DNA from: an uncultured virus (IMG/VR IMGVR_UViG_3300005837_002722)
Lineage: Duplodnaviria; Heunggongvirae; Uroviricota; Caudoviricetes
Virus record (IMG/VR): IMGVR_UViG_3300005837_002722
Direction: 5' to 3' (one strand)
DNA: 64,000 bases
The translations under genes and the position numbers were made by a program. Of the stretch, positions 59,777 through 64,000 are shown in pieces (the stretch's first letter is position 1; every line of letters starts with the position of its first letter). Below the pieces are notes generated by a model. That model was not told the origin of the DNA, made no database searches, and worked only from the letters and a program-made list of their open reading frames with translations.

Positions 59777-60203
59777 TATCCATCTCCGTTCGTAGTGCAT
59801 ACTCAACTAGGTCCATGCTTCTAAATATAGGACATCTACCTACTGTGTTCATAACTGTGAGTATTGATGTGTTTTTTTCTTGTTCACTGAATAACCATGT
59901 GTTTGTATAATCTGCACGACTACATGCAAATGCAACTTCAATTGGATTGATCAAATCAAAGTTTACAAACACAATATCAGCATGACTGATGTTGGCTTGT
60001 GCCCAGGGAATTTCTTTTTCGCTGATCGGATTTGGTGTATAGTAATGACTTATTGCAATCTTTTGATAGACGTTTTCTGCAATATTAATTATACGTTGTT
60101 TCCATTCTTCGCTACCACCAAGGTAGTAAAAACGTAGTCCGTGATCTGGAAGGAATAAGTCAGGTGGAGTTATGTATAATACTTCTCCGGTTTTCTCAGT
60201 CAT
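59769..60203 (-). CDS. hypothetical protein
   Basis: ITPPD motif; coupled to clpX. Confidence 0.55.
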   Translation of the reverse strand: MTEKTGEVLYITPPDLFLPDHGLRFYYLGGSEEWKQRIINIAENVYQKIAISHYYTPNPISEKEIPWAQANISHADIVFVNFDLINPIEVAFACSRADYTNTWLFSEQEKNTSILTVMNTVGRCPIFRSMDLVEYALRTEMDNE

Positions 60204-60213
60204 GAGTTTGCCA

Positions 60214-62343
60214 TTATTGTTTGCGTTGCAGAGGTAGCCAATGTGTGTTTTCCTCTAATGATTTTTCTGTATCCTCGCCTTCGGATTTCATTGTTCGATC
60301 TTCAGCAGTTTCTGTTACCATTTCCTTGTATACACGTTCAAGGACATCTTCATCTGCGCCTCTGATCATTTCTTCTAAATTCTTTTCTTTAACTTTTGGT
60401 TCTGGTTTTTTAGGTTCTAGCAGATCGGGTTTGATCTTAATGCGTTCGCCTGTAGCACTTTCGTACTCTCTAAGAGTAGGTTTTTCTTCAACTTCTACAG
60501 TGCCATTTGTTTCAGTGACTACCTTACCTTCATCGTCAACTTTAACTTGGCCAGCGAGTGCTTTTTGATCTTGCCACCACTGCTCGTCGTCTTTCATTTT
60601 TGAAATAGTTTCTTCTACTACATCTACTTGCTTTGTTTCTTCAACTGGTTCAGGCTCTTGCGGATCTTGTCCATCTCCTTCCTGTTGTACAGTTGCATTG
60701 GTGTCAGTTTCCTGTTCATCAATGGCTTGAGTAGATCCTTCAGGAACTTTTCCACTTACTTCGTTCTCAAATGTCTTATCTGATTCCTCAGTATCATTGC
60801 TTTGTGATTCGTCTGAATCAGTTTCTGAGTTTTCTTCTGGATCTTTTTCTGGATCTTGCTTTGGGTCGTCATCTTTTCCTCCTCCTGGTGTGGGTGTTGT
60901 ACCACCACGATGGTATGCAAAAGTATATTGACTTGCAATTAGGAGCAATACTGCTAGTGGGTCAAATACAAATATAATTGTAATAATAACCCAACGTACT
61001 GCTTCTTCTAATAGATCTCTATCAGCCTTTTCACCGTAGATAAATTCTGCAATGTATTTGATAGGACCAACTTCTGCTTCTAGTTTTCTGTACTCTGCTT
61101 GAAGTTCATACTTCTCTTCTGTAAGTACATCAATATCACTTGAAGCCTTTCTAATTCTGTCATTTTGTTCATCTATAAGTGTGTCGATTTCAGTAGTGTT
61201 GTCAGTTTGTGCAAGTTGTTGTTGCAGTCTTGTAATTAACTCTTGACTCTGTTTAACTTGATCTTCAGCACTTTTGCGTAGTCTTTGAATCTCATCTCTT
61301 GCTGTCTGTATTACAGGAGATTCAGTTTGACGCACTTCATCAATCTTACCTAACATTACAAGTTCTCTTTCTTTGAGATCTTTTATCTGTCTTTCGCGAA
61401 TATCTTTAACAACGCCTGCTAGTCTTACACGTTCTTTTTCAACTGTGTCAGTTGCATCTTTACGCAACTGTGATATTTCGCCTTGGATTTGTGAAATACG
61501 TTCTTGTTGTGCAGACACCCAAGTCGCTAATGCTTTACGAGTGTTCTGACCAAATAGTCCATCACTTGATACACCAATGATTGCTTGTCCTGCACGGATC
61601 TGTGATTGTTCTGTACTCTGTAATTGATTTGTTACACGAACAATCTCTTCTTCTATCTTTTTAATTTGTTGTAGTAAAGGCTCAACTGCACCTTGGTTTG
61701 CTTTTAGGTTAGCAATTTTATCTTCATATTCTCTTGCAGTTGTTTCTAGTCTAAGAATTTCTGCTTGTATGTTTGCTAGTTGATCTTCATAAGGTTTAGT
61801 TCTGTCTGCATCTGCACCTCTTGCATCTGCAATAATTTTGTTCTGTTGTTCAATAGCAGGTTCAATACGTTCAAATGCTTTATCAATACGTTCTTGTTCT
61901 TTATCAATTTGTGCTTGAATGTTTGCGTCTGAACCTGTACCTTTGTTTTCAAGGTCTTTAATCTTTTTATCAGCACGTTCGATAATGCCTTCTAGTCTGG
62001 CAACTTCTGTGTCAATACGTTCAACTTGTGCAATGCTTTCTTCGCCAGCACTTGTTTGTTCGATATGTGCTTTTGATAAGAAACCAAAAATACCCATACT
62101 TGTAATAAGCATGAGCACCACAACGGCAACGGCGAGATATGTACGCAACCACCATTTGGTAACGCTCCAATACTTGTGTAACCAAACGGCTGTAACAAGT
62201 TTACCTACTTCTAGTACGCCACCCATAATCATAATTGGGATAGCGGCCGCGGCAAAGATTGCTACCAATCCTGCGACACTATAATAAATGGCAACGGCTG
62301 AAATACTCAATGCCGTTAATAAAACTAATATTGCTAATGCCAT
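60214..62343 (-). CDS. membrane-anchored long coiled-coil protein with PG-binding-like motif
   Basis: N-terminal TMs, about 350-aa coiled coil containing DGLFGQNTRKAL, TM VFDPLA, acidic tail. Confidence 0.7.
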   Translation of the reverse strand: MALAILVLLTALSISAVAIYYSVAGLVAIFAAAAIPIMIMGGVLEVGKLVTAVWLHKYWSVTKWWLRTYLAVAVVVLMLITSMGIFGFLSKAHIEQTSAGEESIAQVERIDTEVARLEGIIERADKKIKDLENKGTGSDANIQAQIDKEQERIDKAFERIEPAIEQQNKIIADARGADADRTKPYEDQLANIQAEILRLETTAREYEDKIANLKANQGAVEPLLQQIKKIEEEIVRVTNQLQSTEQSQIRAGQAIIGVSSDGLFGQNTRKALATWVSAQQERISQIQGEISQLRKDATDTVEKERVRLAGVVKDIRERQIKDLKERELVMLGKIDEVRQTESPVIQTARDEIQRLRKSAEDQVKQSQELITRLQQQLAQTDNTTEIDTLIDEQNDRIRKASSDIDVLTEEKYELQAEYRKLEAEVGPIKYIAEFIYGEKADRDLLEEAVRWVIITIIFVFDPLAVLLLIASQYTFAYHRGGTTPTPGGGKDDDPKQDPEKDPEENSETDSDESQSNDTEESDKTFENEVSGKVPEGSTQAIDEQETDTNATVQQEGDGQDPQEPEPVEETKQVDVVEETISKMKDDEQWWQDQKALAGQVKVDDEGKVVTETNGTVEVEEKPTLREYESATGERIKIKPDLLEPKKPEPKVKEKNLEEMIRGADEDVLERVYKEMVTETAEDRTMKSEGEDTEKSLEENTHWLPLQRKQ

Positions 62344-62426
62344 ATGTTCTCCCGTGTTATGTATTTACCTAAAATTAGAAGGCAAATTCACAATAACAAG
62401 TATTATATACTGTGTTATCGTTTGTG

Positions 62427-62777
62427 TCAACTGTTAAAATAGTGAGTTGCAACGCCCTCTTCGACCATTGTATCGTTGATGTTTTGCTTGTGATGTTCAT
62501 CAACTTGTACATATACTTTTCCAAGTACTCTGCCGAATTTGCCACGTTTGTTTAGGATTGTTTGGATAACGAACTCTCTTGGTAATAGTTCGATAAGTTT
62601 ATTGCGAGAAGCAATACCCTTTTCTCTAACTTCTGGATCTTTCGATTTGCTGTCTGGTGTGTTAATGCCATAGAGTTTGATACGTTGATGCACCCATACA
62701 CCGAAACCTAGATCGATGTCAGCATCAATTGTATCACCATCAATTACTCTAATTAATCTTGCTTTATATTCGTACAT
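62427..62777 (-). CDS. thermonuclease family (second copy)
   Basis: RVIDGDTIDA.IDLGF, QRIKLYGINTP, GKFGRVLG. Confidence 0.88.
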   Translation of the reverse strand: MYEYKARLIRVIDGDTIDADIDLGFGVWVHQRIKLYGINTPDSKSKDPEVREKGIASRNKLIELLPREFVIQTILNKRGKFGRVLGKVYVQVDEHHKQNINDTMVEEGVATHYFNS

Positions 62778-62798
62778 TTCTACTCCACAGTGTATTTA

Positions 62799-63485
62799 TT
62801 ATAATTGCAAATATTCTACAGATTTTTTTAACAATCGTTTAATAACAGGATGAGTAGTGTCAAATCCAAATAGGGCAAAATATGCAAAAAGATTAGGACT
62901 AATAAACTGTTCCATGCTTTTTAATTTTGCGGTATTTGTTGCATTTTTGAGTAGATCAATTGCACCTTTTTTAGAGCCTGCGTGTCTAGTAAGTTCGTCT
63001 GCAATGTTTTTAGCATATGCTTCGATCTCATCTGGACGACTCATGTATTCAATTTCTTTACCTTGGTCGCTTACATAGCCTTGCTGGCCGTCATGCCAGT
63101 CTCTTGCTTGGTGTTGCTTTTGATGAATTATTTCGTGTTGCAATACATCATCTATTCTTGTTATAATTGTTTGTATACCTTCATCGGAAAAATCAACCGT
63201 TTTGTCCTTGTCACTAAACACTAGATCAATACCAAAAGGAGCATCATCTTCTTGTTCGTCTGCTTCTGGATCGTAGTAGGCATTCATATTCATATCGCCA
63301 CTATCTACATGTGGTGATTTTAAAAAGCCAACATTAACATCTATTCCAATTTCTGCTAGACTTTTTTGTAACTGGTCTGCAATTTCTTTAAAACTCTTTG
63401 CACCAGTCGTAAGCCAACTAGCAAAGCCTTGTAGTTCTTTGCTTATGTTTCTAGTAATTGGTTTAGTAATTTCAGTAATCTGCAT
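62799..63485 (-). CDS. HEXXH zincin-like protein
   Basis: LQHEIIHQKQ, Y...DEIEAYA. Confidence 0.6.
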   Translation of the reverse strand: MQITEITKPITRNISKELQGFASWLTTGAKSFKEIADQLQKSLAEIGIDVNVGFLKSPHVDSGDMNMNAYYDPEADEQEDDAPFGIDLVFSDKDKTVDFSDEGIQTIITRIDDVLQHEIIHQKQHQARDWHDGQQGYVSDQGKEIEYMSRPDEIEAYAKNIADELTRHAGSKKGAIDLLKNATNTAKLKSMEQFISPNLFAYFALFGFDTTHPVIKRLLKKSVEYLQL

Positions 63486-63486
63486 A

Positions 63487-63771
63487 CTAGTATTTATCTG
63501 TACTAGGATTATAGTTACCAAATCGTAACTTGAACATCAGTGCATCATGTGTGTTTTCAAACCATAGCCATCCGTCCCAATATGGATCATATCCTGGAGC
63601 GAATCCGTTATAGTGTCCTTTGTTATGGTCAAAGTACCAACGGTCTTGAATATTGTAAGAACAGTAATGTTCTATTTCTTCTGGTTTTGTTTGGGGAGAG
63701 AAAGTGTAATGGGTGACTTTATCTCTAATGTCACCCCATTCGAAAAGGTCTATTTCAATTTTTAGGCCCAA
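63487..63771 (-). CDS. hypothetical protein (FE...DALMFKL family)
   Basis: C-terminal motif. Confidence 0.55.
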   Translation of the reverse strand: MGLKIEIDLFEWGDIRDKVTHYTFSPQTKPEEIEHYCSYNIQDRWYFDHNKGHYNGFAPGYDPYWDGWLWFENTHDALMFKLRFGNYNPSTDKY

Positions 63772-63774
63772 CGT

Positions 63775-63999
63775 TTAGTTCAGTGTTTCTTTTGAGAAAT
63801 ACTTGTCGAGCATGTCGATTCGATCTTGTGCCGCGGCCATTTTGTTCAGTTCTTCAATGACTGCTTCTGTAACATCTGAATGTTCACCAATACCTGCAGG
63901 CATTGTTTTGTAAACTTCGATGTTTGCTTTATGAACTGCAATTTCGCCTTCTGCTTGAGCACGAGCCGCTTCAATAATATAATCACCAGGTTTTTTCAT
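63775..63999 (-). CDS. phage hypothetical protein
   Basis: H.ANIEVY...PAGIGEHSD. Confidence 0.65.
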   Translation of the reverse strand: MKKPGDYIIEAARAQAEGEIAVHKANIEVYKTMPAGIGEHSDVTEAVIEELNKMAAAQDRIDMLDKYFSKETLN

Positions 64000-64000
64000 C

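Noticed and set aside
19..63224. Numerous + strand ORFs antisense to recognised genes
   Set aside because: Shadow ORFs with no motifs or SD
1..64000. CRISPR array, integrase, transposase, rRNA or stop-codon reassignment
   Set aside because: No regular repeat-spacer array or such genes seen; recognised genes are full-length under the standard code
1..64000. Cellular (bacterial) origin
   Set aside because: Housekeeping-like genes are isolated from their normal operons and interspersed with phage-type ORFs, an RFC-type loader and phage promoter motifs. No capsid or terminase gene lies in the window, so the phage call remains an inference

Overview
This AT-rich, gene-dense window (almost all genes on the minus strand, several N-gaps) is best read as part of a large tailed phage genome (T4-like or jumbo myophage) rather than a cell. 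Support: DNA ligase, RFC-type clamp loader, a stand-alone DnaE fragment, GroES, tRNAs, many short phage-type ORFs, repeated sigma70 'early' promoters and TAAATA 'late' motifs. The auxiliary genes resemble alphaproteobacterial ones, so a marine alphaproteobacterial host is inferred. Host-type modules: a complete pstSCAB operon with a Pho-box-like repeat, plus psiE; an Fe-S/redox set (IscA, SufT, SufE, FdxA, Fpr, Prx, pseudoazurin); Clp proteostasis and translation genes (clpX, infC, rpsU, hsp20, clpS, clpP); purine/SAM salvage (MTAN, apt, rpiB, guaC, speD, queD); lipid enzymes (FabF, thioesterase, lipase); and a curli-type module csgF-csgG-curlin-FecR-curlin followed by a CHASE2 adenylate cyclase. 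Non-coding signals: a preQ1-I-like pseudoknot upstream of queD that competes with an SD-sequestering hairpin (candidate riboswitch), a ROSE-like thermometer upstream of hsp20, and two multi-hairpin leaders. Also found by reading the sequence: an apparent ATC-start gene and a 36-aa metallothionein-like ORF missing from the ORF track. All calls are motif-based; no database searches were run.
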